Below are positions 29,531 through 39,701 of a stretch of DNA of 64,000 bases, in pieces. Location: IMG/VR virus record IMGVR_UViG_3300045988_157791, one strand, 5' to 3'. The DNA comes from a virus (lineage: Duplodnaviria > Heunggongvirae > Uroviricota > Caudoviricetes). Position numbers and translations under genes: made by a program. Each line of letters begins with the position of its first letter. Position 1 is the stretch's first letter. A model generated the notes under the pieces. It did no database searches, was not told the DNA's origin, and saw nothing but the letters and a program-made list of their open reading frames with translations.

Positions 29531-30313
29531 TTAATCTGCGGGGTTAATCGTTACTGACTTAGTTGCCTTCTTACCACCGCTATTGCTGGTGAAGGAGATA
29601 TTTGTAGAACCCTGCGCCACACCACGTACCAGACCCGTTTGATCTACCGTGGCCTTTTCCTGGTCTTCGGATTCCCAAACACCGGTTTTGTCTGCGGCAT
29701 CAGCTGGAGTGATTTCGGCTGTCAGTTGCACAGTTTCTCCAGCTTTTACGGTTGGAGATTCCGGTGAGATCGACACAGTTTTTACCGGTTTAGGACCGCT
29801 CATTTTGCCCAGAACGCCTTCATCATCCGGGTATGCGCTGAACTGAACAGAGAACACACGAACATCATCAGACTGGTAGGTCATAGTGAAGTTGCCCGCG
29901 GTTGCCGCTTTCGGGATGGTCAACACATAGTCGGTGGTGTCCTGCGGAGTCAGAACCAGCTCCTTCGCCACATCAATCAGGTTAACGCCCTGTGCAGATG
30001 TGATCGTGACAGAGTTGTCATCTTCGCTCAGAGTAGAGCCAGGCATCAGGTCAACCATGTTTTGGAGTACAGACTCAGCCAGAGGCGCGGTGATGGTAAT
30101 GTTGCGCCCCTGAACTAATTCGGAAATTACGGTCTGCCCCAACTGATCGACGGTGACTTTCAGCGTTTCAGTGGCTACTTCAACCTGAACACCACCTTTG
30201 GTGTAACCCAAATCCACACCACCAAACGACACCTTACAGGCACCAAGTTTGATGTTTTTTACATGGGTATTAGACATTGATGGAAAACTCCTTTTTCCGT
30301 TAATTCTACGCAT
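29531..30313 (-). CDS. major tail tube protein with C-terminal Ig-like (Big_2-type) domain
   Basis: C-terminal VSISPESPTVKAGETVQLTAEITPADAADKTGVWESED...ATVDQTGLV is a typical Big_2 fold signature. Likely true start MSNTHVKN near 30277 with AAAGGAG ribosome-binding site. Confidence 0.65.
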   Translation of the reverse strand: MRRINGKRSFPSMSNTHVKNIKLGACKVSFGGVDLGYTKGGVQVEVATETLKVTVDQLGQTVISELVQGRNITITAPLAESVLQNMVDLMPGSTLSEDDNSVTITSAQGVNLIDVAKELVLTPQDTTDYVLTIPKAATAGNFTMTYQSDDVRVFSVQFSAYPDDEGVLGKMSGPKPVKTVSISPESPTVKAGETVQLTAEITPADAADKTGVWESEDQEKATVDQTGLVRGVAQGSTNISFTSNSGGKKATKSVTINPAD

Positions 30314-30351
30314 TCATTGCGCTAATAGTAAGTATATACTTACCAATTGAG

Positions 30352-30858
30352 TTAATTCAATAAATAGCCAGCAAATTCAACAGGAATGCCTGCTTCTATT
30401 AATGCCCCATCATTTTTGGGATAAATGATTGGCATCGCCATCGGTCGTACAAGTCGAAAATAAACACCACCAGATTCCGTTTCCTCTACTGGAAACATCT
30501 CAATGATTTTATTGGCTTTCTCAACCGTCGTAGTAATTGACGAACCACGCACAATGATTGTGAATGATTCGTGATAAAAGCCCTGTAGCTCATGATCGAT
30601 GCTGATGCCGGTATTTGGGTTAATAAGCAGGACGCCAGATTTCACATTGGCAGGCAAGTAGTGACAGAAAATGTCAGTCCCGACCGTGCCAATCTTTGCC
30701 TTCTGCATCAAACTTGCAAACGCTTCAATAAACACATTAACCTCTCGTAAATCCGGCTTTTCTGGCAGCCTCAAGAATCGCTTCTGAGAACTGCTTCTCG
30801 CTAATTTCCACCGCTCTTTCCAGAAAGTGTGGCCCAACACGGGGTTTAACACCGGCAA
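30352..30858 (-). CDS. tail terminator-like or head-tail joining protein
   Basis: ORF directly upstream of the major tail gene; real start probably internal (near 30708) because the listed start overlaps the preceding gene by 122 nt. Confidence 0.4.
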   Translation of the reverse strand: MPVLNPVLGHTFWKERWKLARSSSQKRFLRLPEKPDLREVNVFIEAFASLMQKAKIGTVGTDIFCHYLPANVKSGVLLINPNTGISIDHELQGFYHESFTIIVRGSSITTTVEKANKIIEMFPVEETESGGVYFRLVRPMAMPIIYPKNDGALIEAGIPVEFAGYLLN

Positions 30859-31210
30859 TTGGTGGGTTTGTCACGTTCTTCATTCGAGAAAGATAACCGA
30901 GTCGGTATTTACCCAGCTCCATGTACTTAGCATAGTCACCTACTTCTACGCCCGGATGCCCCTGACGTGGTTTTGCTCCAGACACAGAAAGCTCAATACG
31001 CAGCCCTGAATAACCTTCTTTAATCACCCTGGCAAAGATGGCTGTCTCCAGAGATCCGGTTTCCAGCGGGGCCATTGCACGGCTGAGACGCTCAACCAAA
31101 CGCGCCAGCTTTTCCATGTCCCGGATAAGATATCGCTTAAATGCTTTCTGGCTGTTGTTGAGTCGATTCCCCGCACGTTTGAACTGATGCGCATCGTATT
31201 TCAGACCCAT
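30737..31210 (-). CDS. head-tail connector / tail completion protein candidate
   Basis: 157-aa ORF in the neck-gene block, overlapping neighbours. Confidence 0.4.
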   Translation of the reverse strand: MGLKYDAHQFKRAGNRLNNSQKAFKRYLIRDMEKLARLVERLSRAMAPLETGSLETAIFARVIKEGYSGLRIELSVSGAKPRQGHPGVEVGDYAKYMELGKYRLGYLSRMKNVTNPPIAGVKPRVGPHFLERAVEISEKQFSEAILEAARKAGFTRG

Positions 31211-31641
31211 ATATTCGCCCCTACTTCAAGATGCCCAGGTCTTCCTCGTAGCCCCCAGCGGCGATGAACACTGGACACCTTTAATTTTTGACCTTCAAGG
31301 ATCAGTACATCATCAAGTTGTACAGCCGCTTCCAAAGGGACAACTAACACAGCATCAAACAGCTCCAGACTCGCCTTACCACGACTACCAGAGCTATCAG
31401 CACGAACTGACGATTTCTCATTACTCTGTTCGAACTTAACCACGCCGACATTCGTCTTCCTGACGAATTGTAATTGCGCCTCGCCGTAAACGTTCTTTGC
31501 GCCAAAGCGGTAGATCGCAATTTCTGTTTGCCACGAAATATTCATGCTCTCTCTCTGTTGTTGTCGGTCGCTCTCATTACTGGCCAAAAACCCTTTCGAC
31601 CAAAAGTAAATAATGCGACTGGCGTTACGCACGGCGAACAA
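31201..31641 (-). CDS. head-tail adaptor candidate
   Basis: 146-aa ORF in the neck-gene block with start/stop overlaps. Confidence 0.4.
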   Translation of the reverse strand: MFAVRNASRIIYFWSKGFLASNESDRQQQRESMNISWQTEIAIYRFGAKNVYGEAQLQFVRKTNVGVVKFEQSNEKSSVRADSSGSRGKASLELFDAVLVVPLEAAVQLDDVLILEGQKLKVSSVHRRWGLRGRPGHLEVGANIWV

Positions 31642-32458
31642 TCATACGGTTGTTGATGTAACTGACCAGCAAGCGCCAGGTACTGCGAGCCACATGCACG
31701 TTTGCAGCTTTACCGGTACGGTACATGTTGGTTGTTTCACCGATTGACTCTGACAAAATGCCATCCTCTCGTGCTGCGGCAACATCATTGCCATTTGCGA
31801 TCTCACACGCTTCGTTGACAACGGCAAGCATCAACGCTTCTTTGAAGTAGTCAGGGAACTCTTCAAACTTCTCCTGCGTCATCTTTTCCCAATCGACTAA
31901 ATCATGCCGGTACGCTCCATCTGCTCCCCACGGAATGTCATACACATTCAGCATATTTTGAGGGCGATCGTATCGGTCAAAGTCGATACGTAGAATTTTG
32001 CGGATTGAGAACGGTAAAGTTTTAATTCGTCTGGTAGCCTCAATGAGACGCTTGCGCATTAAGCCTTCACCATCCGACAGCAAAGTGTCCCCATTCAGCA
32101 TATCGATCGCCTGCATTTGAGCATCAGCGACAGTTGCAAACGACTGTTCTGGTATCGACAGTTCAAAACTATTCAGCAGAACATACATTTGCCGCTCTTC
32201 ATGCGTCAGACCCGATGCAACAGCCTTCACAATGACGTACCGCAGATCGCGTTCTTTCTCAGAGAGCTGGTTATATTCAGCCGACACGACAACCGGAATC
32301 GACATTTGACCGCTGGTAATTTCTAGCGGCTCGCCATCAACGAGAATAGCCCCGGTGCTGTCCTTTACTGTGTAGGTAGCAGATTCGATATCCAGCACGT
32401 TGAAGGCAAATGAAAGGGAAACAGCTTCACCGCTACGATACGAGTCGATCTGCGCCAT
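31625..32458 (-). CDS. hypothetical head/neck morphogenesis protein (277 aa)
   Basis: ORF in the structural block; start overlaps the stop of the upstream gene. Confidence 0.4.
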   Translation of the reverse strand: MAQIDSYRSGEAVSLSFAFNVLDIESATYTVKDSTGAILVDGEPLEITSGQMSIPVVVSAEYNQLSEKERDLRYVIVKAVASGLTHEERQMYVLLNSFELSIPEQSFATVADAQMQAIDMLNGDTLLSDGEGLMRKRLIEATRRIKTLPFSIRKILRIDFDRYDRPQNMLNVYDIPWGADGAYRHDLVDWEKMTQEKFEEFPDYFKEALMLAVVNEACEIANGNDVAAAREDGILSESIGETTNMYRTGKAANVHVARSTWRLLVSYINNRMIVRRA

Positions 32459-32892
32459 TACTCACCGCCTTGTGCTTTCAGGATGCCTTCAATCATCTCG
32501 ACAATTCCTTTCGCTTTGACACCAACCTGATTACCAATCACACGTAGACCGGCAATGCCTTCATTGTCTGCAATTGACTCCAACTCTTCTCGTGTGAAAG
32601 TCTGGATCTGTTTGGCCGGTTCATCTGGTGTCCCACGTTTCATTGGCACAATGTCAGGTGCTGCTGGCTCGGTAATCAGGTCTGCGGTCAACTCGCCACG
32701 ATCACTGTATGCGGCAGACGGAGAAACATTTTTGCCCTCGACTGTTGATGCTCGCATTGAGGCACAAATCCTTTGCTGATCGATAAAAGGCAACTCCGCT
32801 ACGGACACCCCGTTCTCGAACTGAACGCCGCACAACATTCCCGAATAACCGGAAAATTGCGGTTCTAATAAAACAATTTTTGCTGGTTTCAT
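32458..32892 (-). CDS. hypothetical head protein (144 aa)
   Basis: Follows the Ig-like decoration gene in the capsid block. Confidence 0.4.
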   Translation of the reverse strand: MKPAKIVLLEPQFSGYSGMLCGVQFENGVSVAELPFIDQQRICASMRASTVEGKNVSPSAAYSDRGELTADLITEPAAPDIVPMKRGTPDEPAKQIQTFTREELESIADNEGIAGLRVIGNQVGVKAKGIVEMIEGILKAQGGE

Positions 32893-32936
32893 AACGCATT
32901 CTCTCTACATGGGCGGCTTTCGCCGCCCAATATTGA

Positions 32937-33857
32937 TTATTCCTGTGCAGCAGTGACTTCTACGGTCGCTGTCGCTTTGTGGCTACCATCTTGGGTAGTA
33001 ACCTCGATTGTGGCAGTACCAGCCGCAACGCCAGTTACAACACCGGTTTCGCTATCCACCGTTGCAAACTCGGTATTTTTGGATTCCCAAGTAACGGTTT
33101 TATTTGTTGCTCCTGCCGGCTCGACATTTGCGGTCAGCTGAACAGTTTTGTTTGCCTCAACGGTTGTGCTATTTGGGTCGATTTCGACGCCGGTAACAGC
33201 CACAACAGGCGCAGTTACTTCCACCGTTGCAGTTGCCTTTTTGCTGCCATCTTGGGAAACGATCTCAATCGTCGCAGTGCCAACTTCTACACCAGTAACG
33301 TTCCCGCTCTGGTCTACCGTTGCCTTATCTTCATTTTTGGAAGACCAGGTAACAGCCTTATTCGTCGCATTTGACGGCTGAACATTCGCTTTCAGACTGA
33401 CTGATTTCCCTTTCTCAACAGACGTTGATTCTGGCGTTACCGTTACGGATTGAACGGCTACCGGATTTACGGTGACTTCCACTGAAGCGGAAAGCTGGGT
33501 TTCCTGATCAGTTGCAGTAATTTTTACTTTGCCTGATGCTACGCCAGTTACTAATCCAGTGCCGTTAACGGTTGCAATTTGGTCATTGGCTGACTTCCAG
33601 GTGAATGAACTGGCACTCTTACCCATACTAATACCTGCACTAAGTTGAACAGTTTTCCCAACCAAAACTGACGGTGAAGCCGGGGTTATGTTTACGGATT
33701 GGGAGAGGGGAACCGCCTGCAAACAAGCAGATAGCTGACTTTGTTGCCGCTCGGTTAAAGGTTCATCGGAGATAGAATTGGTAAATCCGGCACGGCACAT
33801 ATGCCCCGTAAAATCCGAAAATGCCTCTTCTGTAATCTTCATCTTTTGTTCTGGCAT
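32937..33857 (-). CDS. capsid decoration / Ig-like domain protein (tandem Big_2-like domains)
   Basis: Three repeats of the pattern VTVTPESTSV..GKSVSL.A.V.P..ATNK.VTW.S....ATVD..G.VTGV; directly follows the capsid gene. Confidence 0.6.
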   Translation of the reverse strand: MPEQKMKITEEAFSDFTGHMCRAGFTNSISDEPLTERQQSQLSACLQAVPLSQSVNITPASPSVLVGKTVQLSAGISMGKSASSFTWKSANDQIATVNGTGLVTGVASGKVKITATDQETQLSASVEVTVNPVAVQSVTVTPESTSVEKGKSVSLKANVQPSNATNKAVTWSSKNEDKATVDQSGNVTGVEVGTATIEIVSQDGSKKATATVEVTAPVVAVTGVEIDPNSTTVEANKTVQLTANVEPAGATNKTVTWESKNTEFATVDSETGVVTGVAAGTATIEVTTQDGSHKATATVEVTAAQE

Positions 33858-33930
33858 TTCTCGCTCCTACAAAAAGGGTGGGCGTATAGCCCACCCTTTA
33901 ACATAGATAACTACCTATCTACCACACTGA

Positions 33931-34806
33931 TTAAATTTTTACATTGGTCAGTGCAGCGATAGCCTTATCGTGCTTATTCGCCAGAGAGCAGTACCACTTC
34001 ACACGGGTACGTACTGCGTCTTTGTTCTGTACAGTACCAATGTTTTCAACAACGATACCTGCGTTGTCGCCGCCATACAGACCAGTAACGCCGTTCTCTT
34101 CTGACAGATGCAGGCAGTAGATGCTTGCTTTGCCAGAATCGGTCGGGATGAAGTCGTTGATGATGAACGGAACGCCGTTATGACACAGCATCGGACGACC
34201 GAAGTTCTCCATCATGATTTCAGACGGACCTACGTTTACTGTACGCAGCAGCGCACGGTAAGCACGCAGGTGCTCTGAACGCATCATGATGCAGTCAGCA
34301 CCAAGATCTTTCACCGCATCGACCAGTTCGTCGAACATAGAGAAAGTCATAGATGCACCGGCGATATCGATCTTCTGATCTGCGTGCATCAGGCGTGGAA
34401 TGCCGTCAAACGCCTTGTTGTTGGAGCTGGAGTCACCCAAAATCAGGTTGCGACGGAACGCACGAGCCAGACCTTTAACTTTCTGACGAACCTGAATAGC
34501 CAACTGGTTGTTGGTGTCGGCCATAGTGGTCGCCAGGAATTTATCAACGTCTACGTCACCAGCCAGAATACGCAGTTTCGCAACGCATTCTTCGAAGGTT
34601 GCTGCACCTTCAGGGATGGTGTCGTTAACGTCGATGAAGGTAGCTTCACTCAGCGTTTTTTCACGGTTGTACAGATATGCCTTTGAATTAATTTTCATAA
34701 AAGGCAGGATGGCAAACAGGTCATCGCGATCGATGATAGTTTCGATCACACCCTGTTCAAGTTCGTTGTTAGACAGCTTTTCAGCTTCTTCACGCAGTAA
34801 TGGCAT
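33931..34806 (-). CDS. major capsid protein
   Basis: 291-aa ORF between scaffold and decoration genes, preceded by a strong hairpin and ribosome-binding site. Assigned by synteny. Confidence 0.6.
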   Translation of the reverse strand: MPLLREEAEKLSNNELEQGVIETIIDRDDLFAILPFMKINSKAYLYNREKTLSEATFIDVNDTIPEGAATFEECVAKLRILAGDVDVDKFLATTMADTNNQLAIQVRQKVKGLARAFRRNLILGDSSSNNKAFDGIPRLMHADQKIDIAGASMTFSMFDELVDAVKDLGADCIMMRSEHLRAYRALLRTVNVGPSEIMMENFGRPMLCHNGVPFIINDFIPTDSGKASIYCLHLSEENGVTGLYGGDNAGIVVENIGTVQNKDAVRTRVKWYCSLANKHDKAIAALTNVKI

Positions 34807-34831
34807 CTATCAATTCCCTTTGATTTAGATG

Positions 34832-35719
34832 TTACTTAAGTCCAATTTTCCCCAGACCGGAGGCCAACTTATCCATAGTCGACTTATTCTTCGGTTGGGA
34901 TATTGTGTAGGTCGATTTGGAATGTGAGCCTACACCCTGCTTGGCTTCGCTACGCATCAATGCGTCAGCTTCCGGATCTGCCCGCACAATGCGTTCAATC
35001 GCGGATTCAAACGGCAACGGCTTACCTTCACCGTCAACCAGAACAGCTCGTTCTTTGTGACCTGCCGGTTTGTCATAACCCACTACGCTACCGTCTTCAC
35101 CCACTTCAAAATGAGAACCGTAGATCACGCGGGCTTTTGCCGGGGTCATCAGAACTTTGTCACGTAGGAAGAGAGAGTTACTGAAGGAAGCGCCCACGGT
35201 CATCTCGACTAATTGAGATTTCAGTGATGCGTTTTCACTTTCCAGTGCTGCATAACGTTCGTCACGCTGTGCCAGCTCTGCCTGGTGTGCTTCGATCATC
35301 TGTTTTTTAACAGCATCGAACTCACCACGACGCTCCAGTTCAGCTTGCTCCGCCTCACGACGTGCGTTTTCTGCGGCCTGTTCAGCTTCTAAAAGCTGGC
35401 GAGCACGAGCCGGATCGATATCACCGTACTGAGCAAGCTGATCGGCCAATGTGCGCTCTTTCTCTTTGCGCTTCATGTTCTCCTTCAGCAGTTCAGCACC
35501 AGCTTTCTTGGTTTTACGAAGTTCGGCCAGTAACTCTTCCTGAGTCATGCCAGCGTATTCGTCATCGCCCTTCGGCTGCTCTTTTTGTTCACCCTGTTTG
35601 TCAGGATCTTGTGTACTCTGCTCATTATCAGCAGCTACACCGCCAGCGCCTCCACGCTCATGCGCTTCAGCGACATCCATCAGACCACGACGGGCCAAAA
35701 GCATTTGCCACAGATTCAT
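34832..35719 (-). CDS. scaffolding protein
   Basis: Highly charged Glu/Ala/Arg/Lys-rich helical protein between portal and capsid genes. Confidence 0.55.
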   Translation of the reverse strand: MNLWQMLLARRGLMDVAEAHERGGAGGVAADNEQSTQDPDKQGEQKEQPKGDDEYAGMTQEELLAELRKTKKAGAELLKENMKRKEKERTLADQLAQYGDIDPARARQLLEAEQAAENARREAEQAELERRGEFDAVKKQMIEAHQAELAQRDERYAALESENASLKSQLVEMTVGASFSNSLFLRDKVLMTPAKARVIYGSHFEVGEDGSVVGYDKPAGHKERAVLVDGEGKPLPFESAIERIVRADPEADALMRSEAKQGVGSHSKSTYTISQPKNKSTMDKLASGLGKIGLK

Positions 35720-35740
35720 AAAAATTCCTTTTGTTACTTA

Positions 35741-37315
35741 TCACTCGTTCTCTTGAGTAGATGAGTCCCCATTCCCTCGGGGTTGATCTTGCCCGCTTTC
35801 TTGGGCTGCACCACGATCATAAGTAAGTACTGACTTATTTTCAAGGGTATTTAGATCATTTTTTGGAGGAAAATTCAAGAGATCTTTATCAAATTCCTTT
35901 TTCATCGCCTCAGTAATGTTCGGGAAAATCTTCTCAATAAGCATTTCCATCTGGTGACGACGTACAGAGTCCGGTGCCTGAAGTAATGACAGTTTCTCGG
36001 CAACAGAAAATTCATCAGTAAGGCCACGAATATCGAAACTTTCTGGATATGCAATTAAAGAGTGGTCTTCGTCCAGATCTACCCCCATCCATTTCGCAAC
36101 CAGTAGCATGATTTGGCGTTCAGCCCTTTCCAGACGCTCTGCTTTTGTGACAAGCAAGCTATTTACACGCTGGAAGTCATACATTTTTGCGGCACCAGAT
36201 GAATTATCGATTCCCTGTGCGTTGTCCTGCTTCGTTCGCTCACCAGCTACACCAACTGAATGGTAGATTTCGTTAATCACCGTCTTAATCGTAGTGATGA
36301 TCATCTGAGCTTGTTTCGGGTCTGGTGACAGATAAAACGGCTGGTTTCCACCTTCAGAATCGTAGGTGAAGACTCGCTTTGTGCCCATTTCAAGCACTTT
36401 AGTGTGGTTTTCATCACCAGGTAAAAGCGACTGTACCGGTATAGCCAACTGGCTAAATGTCTGATCCTGAATAATGGCATCAAGGTTTGACAGATAGTTT
36501 GCAACCGCACGATCAAGATAAGCGATATCATCGATCAACGATGGGCTGAAATACGGTGATTCACTTTCTCCAATACAATCAACAGGAAACACAGGAACTA
36601 CGCCGAGATTATGCTCACCGCTATCCTCTAAAATAACTTTTGCCTGACGGCGACCTGCTCCACCAGCGCCCTTCTTCACTTCCTCACGGAACAGATACCA
36701 CTCGTTTTGTGTCCACAGACGATAACGTTGGTATTCCTGACCTGTAGAAGTAAAAGGATCTGCGTCATCACGAGCGACTTCCACAATTAACGCCCACAAC
36801 ATATTCCCGTCGTCGTCCCATGCCACATCCAGCATTTGCTGAGGTGAAATCCAGTAGGCGTAGGCGCGAGCATCTTTCTTTTTCTCGTCAGCTACTGACT
36901 CAACATCACCACTCATCGTGCTATCGACAACAACCCATATGCGACCGTAAATAGACGACTGCAAATCAATAGCGGCCATAAATGAGTCAATAGAGGCATT
37001 CTGGCGAGTCGCACGTTTCCAGAAATTGCGGATCTGCTCTGGTGCCTCTTCGATATTTCTATGAATGTCTTCTTTAAAGAGATATTTGTTGATGAGGTTT
37101 ACCACCTCACGAGTGTGGTTGAAGCGATAAGCACGTTCAACTCGCTCCTTAAACTCCTGATCTCCCTCTTTAAAGTAACGAAAGATATTGTCTGTAAACC
37201 AACCACGCCCGCCAGCGTAAGTGCTGGCGAGGAAGTCCCAATGTTCTTTTTTCTTTTCGTATTCCGGGTGGCGTCGCGCCACCAGATCCTTAATTTGTTT
37301 GTCGTTCAATTCCAT
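35741..37315 (-). CDS. portal protein
   Basis: 524 aa, immediately downstream of TerL; acidic C-terminal tail. Confidence 0.65.
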   Translation of the reverse strand: MELNDKQIKDLVARRHPEYEKKKEHWDFLASTYAGGRGWFTDNIFRYFKEGDQEFKERVERAYRFNHTREVVNLINKYLFKEDIHRNIEEAPEQIRNFWKRATRQNASIDSFMAAIDLQSSIYGRIWVVVDSTMSGDVESVADEKKKDARAYAYWISPQQMLDVAWDDDGNMLWALIVEVARDDADPFTSTGQEYQRYRLWTQNEWYLFREEVKKGAGGAGRRQAKVILEDSGEHNLGVVPVFPVDCIGESESPYFSPSLIDDIAYLDRAVANYLSNLDAIIQDQTFSQLAIPVQSLLPGDENHTKVLEMGTKRVFTYDSEGGNQPFYLSPDPKQAQMIITTIKTVINEIYHSVGVAGERTKQDNAQGIDNSSGAAKMYDFQRVNSLLVTKAERLERAERQIMLLVAKWMGVDLDEDHSLIAYPESFDIRGLTDEFSVAEKLSLLQAPDSVRRHQMEMLIEKIFPNITEAMKKEFDKDLLNFPPKNDLNTLENKSVLTYDRGAAQESGQDQPRGNGDSSTQENE

Positions 37316-37341
37316 TTGAATAACCTTAGATAATTACTTAC

Positions 37342-38598
37342 CTATCGAGAACCACCAAGAATAACACGGTTTTTGACTGGATACCTACGATGTACTGGAT
37401 AGCCCAATGCGTCTGCACTATGCTCAATGCCACCTGTCTTATCCATATCTCGTGTTCCAGGCTTGTAGATGACTTTTTCCAGTGAATCAATCAAATGCTT
37501 GCACTTCGGATCGATATACAGCCGGATATCTCCAGATGCGGACATCAGCATTCGGTTAACAGCATTAACACGATCCGCAATTGGCGGGTGCTTTTTCGAA
37601 TAATCGACACGTAAGAATCCCTTCTCTTTGAATATGTCTACGTCAGACTCCCCACGAGCATGTTGGCGATAAGCACCTGCCGGATCTGGAAATACCGTTA
37701 CCTGTGATTTCCAGCGCCAGAAGCGTCTCTCAAGCTCATCACAAACTTCTGCCGTGTTAGAGGAAAAGAGCACCAATTCATCAATTGCCCATAGCTCACC
37801 ATTTGGCTGAGGTTGCAAAATTACTGAAGACATCGGGTCAATGTTGAAGTCCTGCCCTACCCATATAGGCAACCGAGGGTTGAACTGAAGCGGTTTTACA
37901 TGCACGTTACGATCGAACGGGTAGTAAACGCGCCCGGACATGTTCTCAAAGCTGGCCAGGTACTCCTGAGCGAACGATTTGGGGTCCATATCGTTCTTAG
38001 CAGCTTCAATTTCCGCCGTAGGTACAAACGGAGAATCGGCAGTTACAAACTGCCAGCTCTTCCACTGTCCCTTTCTTTGCAGCTCTACGTTCTGGCCTAT
38101 AGTCCACAGTTTGTGAAATTCCGAGAAGCCTTTTGGCGTACCAATGATCAGTGCACCGCCGCGTGTCGATGAAAGAGTAGGTCGTAACACCTTGTACCAG
38201 GTGTCAGCCTTCATATCCTGAAATTCATCAAGCACTACAAAATGCAACGCTACGCCGCGCAGAGTGTCAGGCTTATCAGCACCTTTGAGGGCGATCTCCG
38301 AACCGTTCTTCAACACGATTGTCATCGTGGTGTCGTTCTTTTTCCTAACCCACTTACGAGGCAGAACTTCCTGTAGATCGTCCCACAAAATCTGGCGAGC
38401 CATCTGGTAAGTAGGAGCGACATACCAGACCCTTTGCTTTTTTTCCTTTGCCGCCGCACGAATAATAGTGGAGATCGACAACCGGGATTTTCCCCAGCGT
38501 CGACCAGCACAAACAACTTTAAATCGATGCGGAGACTGGAAGACTTTCATCTGTCCAGAATGCAGTTGCACAAGACTGAGCGAGGACGGGATTGCCAT
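37342..38598 (-). CDS. terminase large subunit
   Basis: Walker A VVCAGRRWGKS near the N-terminus, size 418 aa, 4-nt overlap with the upstream small subunit gene. Confidence 0.8.
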   Translation of the reverse strand: MAIPSSLSLVQLHSGQMKVFQSPHRFKVVCAGRRWGKSRLSISTIIRAAAKEKKQRVWYVAPTYQMARQILWDDLQEVLPRKWVRKKNDTTMTIVLKNGSEIALKGADKPDTLRGVALHFVVLDEFQDMKADTWYKVLRPTLSSTRGGALIIGTPKGFSEFHKLWTIGQNVELQRKGQWKSWQFVTADSPFVPTAEIEAAKNDMDPKSFAQEYLASFENMSGRVYYPFDRNVHVKPLQFNPRLPIWVGQDFNIDPMSSVILQPQPNGELWAIDELVLFSSNTAEVCDELERRFWRWKSQVTVFPDPAGAYRQHARGESDVDIFKEKGFLRVDYSKKHPPIADRVNAVNRMLMSASGDIRLYIDPKCKHLIDSLEKVIYKPGTRDMDKTGGIEHSADALGYPVHRRYPVKNRVILGGSR

Positions 38599-39230
38599 TA
38601 TTCGTCCTCCCCTTCACTTCCAACATCTGTCGCATCAAATTCGCTTAGAGCTTCTTCTTCCAACGTCTCAAGCAATTCGTCATCGATGATTTCAGGCTCG
38701 TCGTCTTCCTGACGTAATTTCGCCACCTGGGAAGGCGTAAGCTCACCAAATACCAGGTTCGGAATTTCTTCCTCGTCATTTTCCGCATGATCCATGCCCA
38801 ATGCTTTGGACGAAACTTCAAAGCATTTTGCAAGGGTATTACTGGCTCTCTGTAAGCTCTTGAGAGAATCCTCAATCGCCCCTAAAGGCTTACCCTCACG
38901 TTTGGCCGTAGTGACTTCGACCATCACCATCTGCCCCAACGCATACGCCCAGCCGTCATAACGTGTACGACGTTCTTCTATCTTTTCCGCACGGGCTTTA
39001 GCGCGAAGCTCTGCGTCAGATTTAAGAGACTCACGAACCATCTTCCCAACAGAGTCCGCGCCTTTCTCTAATCCTCGCTTTTTGAAATGTCTGGAGAGTG
39101 TTTCACGACGAATGCCGTACTCTTCCTCCAGCTTTGAGAGTGTATATTCGCCTGACGTCCATTTGGCTTCAGCTTCGGCCCACTCCGCTGGTGTCAGGCG
39201 AGTTTTTACCTCGTCTTTTTCGACCGTCAT
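38598..39230 (-). CDS. terminase small subunit (HTH-containing)
   Basis: N-terminal helix-turn-helix-like LSKLEEEYGIRRETLSRHF, very acidic C-terminus, coupled to TerL. Confidence 0.55.
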   Translation of the reverse strand: MTVEKDEVKTRLTPAEWAEAEAKWTSGEYTLSKLEEEYGIRRETLSRHFKKRGLEKGADSVGKMVRESLKSDAELRAKARAEKIEERRTRYDGWAYALGQMVMVEVTTAKREGKPLGAIEDSLKSLQRASNTLAKCFEVSSKALGMDHAENDEEEIPNLVFGELTPSQVAKLRQEDDEPEIIDDELLETLEEEALSEFDATDVGSEGEDE

Positions 39231-39269
39231 AGATCCCTCTAAAACACACAGAGCGCGTCCATGCGCTCT

Positions 39270-39313
39270 AAAACAACTTGTTTACTGCATCTGCTAACCA
39301 ACTTGTTTTCTGG
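39270..39313. promoter_or_regulatory. two AACAACTTGTTT operator-like half-palindromes upstream of terS
   Basis: AAAACAACTTGTTTA and CCAACTTGTTTTCTGG, same family as the parA and accessory-gene operators; adjacent hairpin AGAGCGC-GTCCAT-GCGCTCT at 39251-39271. Confidence 0.45.
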
Positions 39314-39346
39314 GGTGTTTAATTAGGTCTGGCATGTCTTACGAAG

Positions 39347-39401
39347 CCTGCTTCCGTATATATTTAATAAGTTACTTATTATTTATATATACAGATGCAG
39401 G
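39347..39401. repeat. 55-bp extended palindrome, copy B
   Basis: CCTGCTTCCGTATATATTTAATAAGTTACTTATTATTTATATATACAGATGCAGG; one mismatch to copy A. Confidence 0.7.
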
Positions 39402-39425
39402 TCTTTAAATAAGCTCCCAGACCGA

Positions 39426-39692
39426 TTACATCACCAGTAACTTCGCTTTGGCTCGACCTAAAGTGGTTAACCCAAGAGTCCGGCGGTGATAGCGATTGTC
39501 ACTGCGTTGGCGCGTATGCCCTTTCTCCACCAGCCCCTTTTTTATCAGAGCGCGAATTGAGAACTGGATACTTTGCTTGGTTGTCTTGTACGGCAAAACT
39601 TCAAGCAATTCGTCCAGGTCAAGTAGATGACCTCGCTCATAACCGAGATTGAGCGTTTTGATGATGTCCTTTTGTTTATCGGTTAACGTCAT
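39426..39692 (-). CDS. small winged-helix-like DNA-binding protein (88 aa)
   Basis: Last gene of the five-gene operon; basic C-terminus. Fold assignment tentative. Confidence 0.4.
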   Translation of the reverse strand: MTLTDKQKDIIKTLNLGYERGHLLDLDELLEVLPYKTTKQSIQFSIRALIKKGLVEKGHTRQRSDNRYHRRTLGLTTLGRAKAKLLVM

Positions 39693-39701
39693 GGCAAATC
39701 C

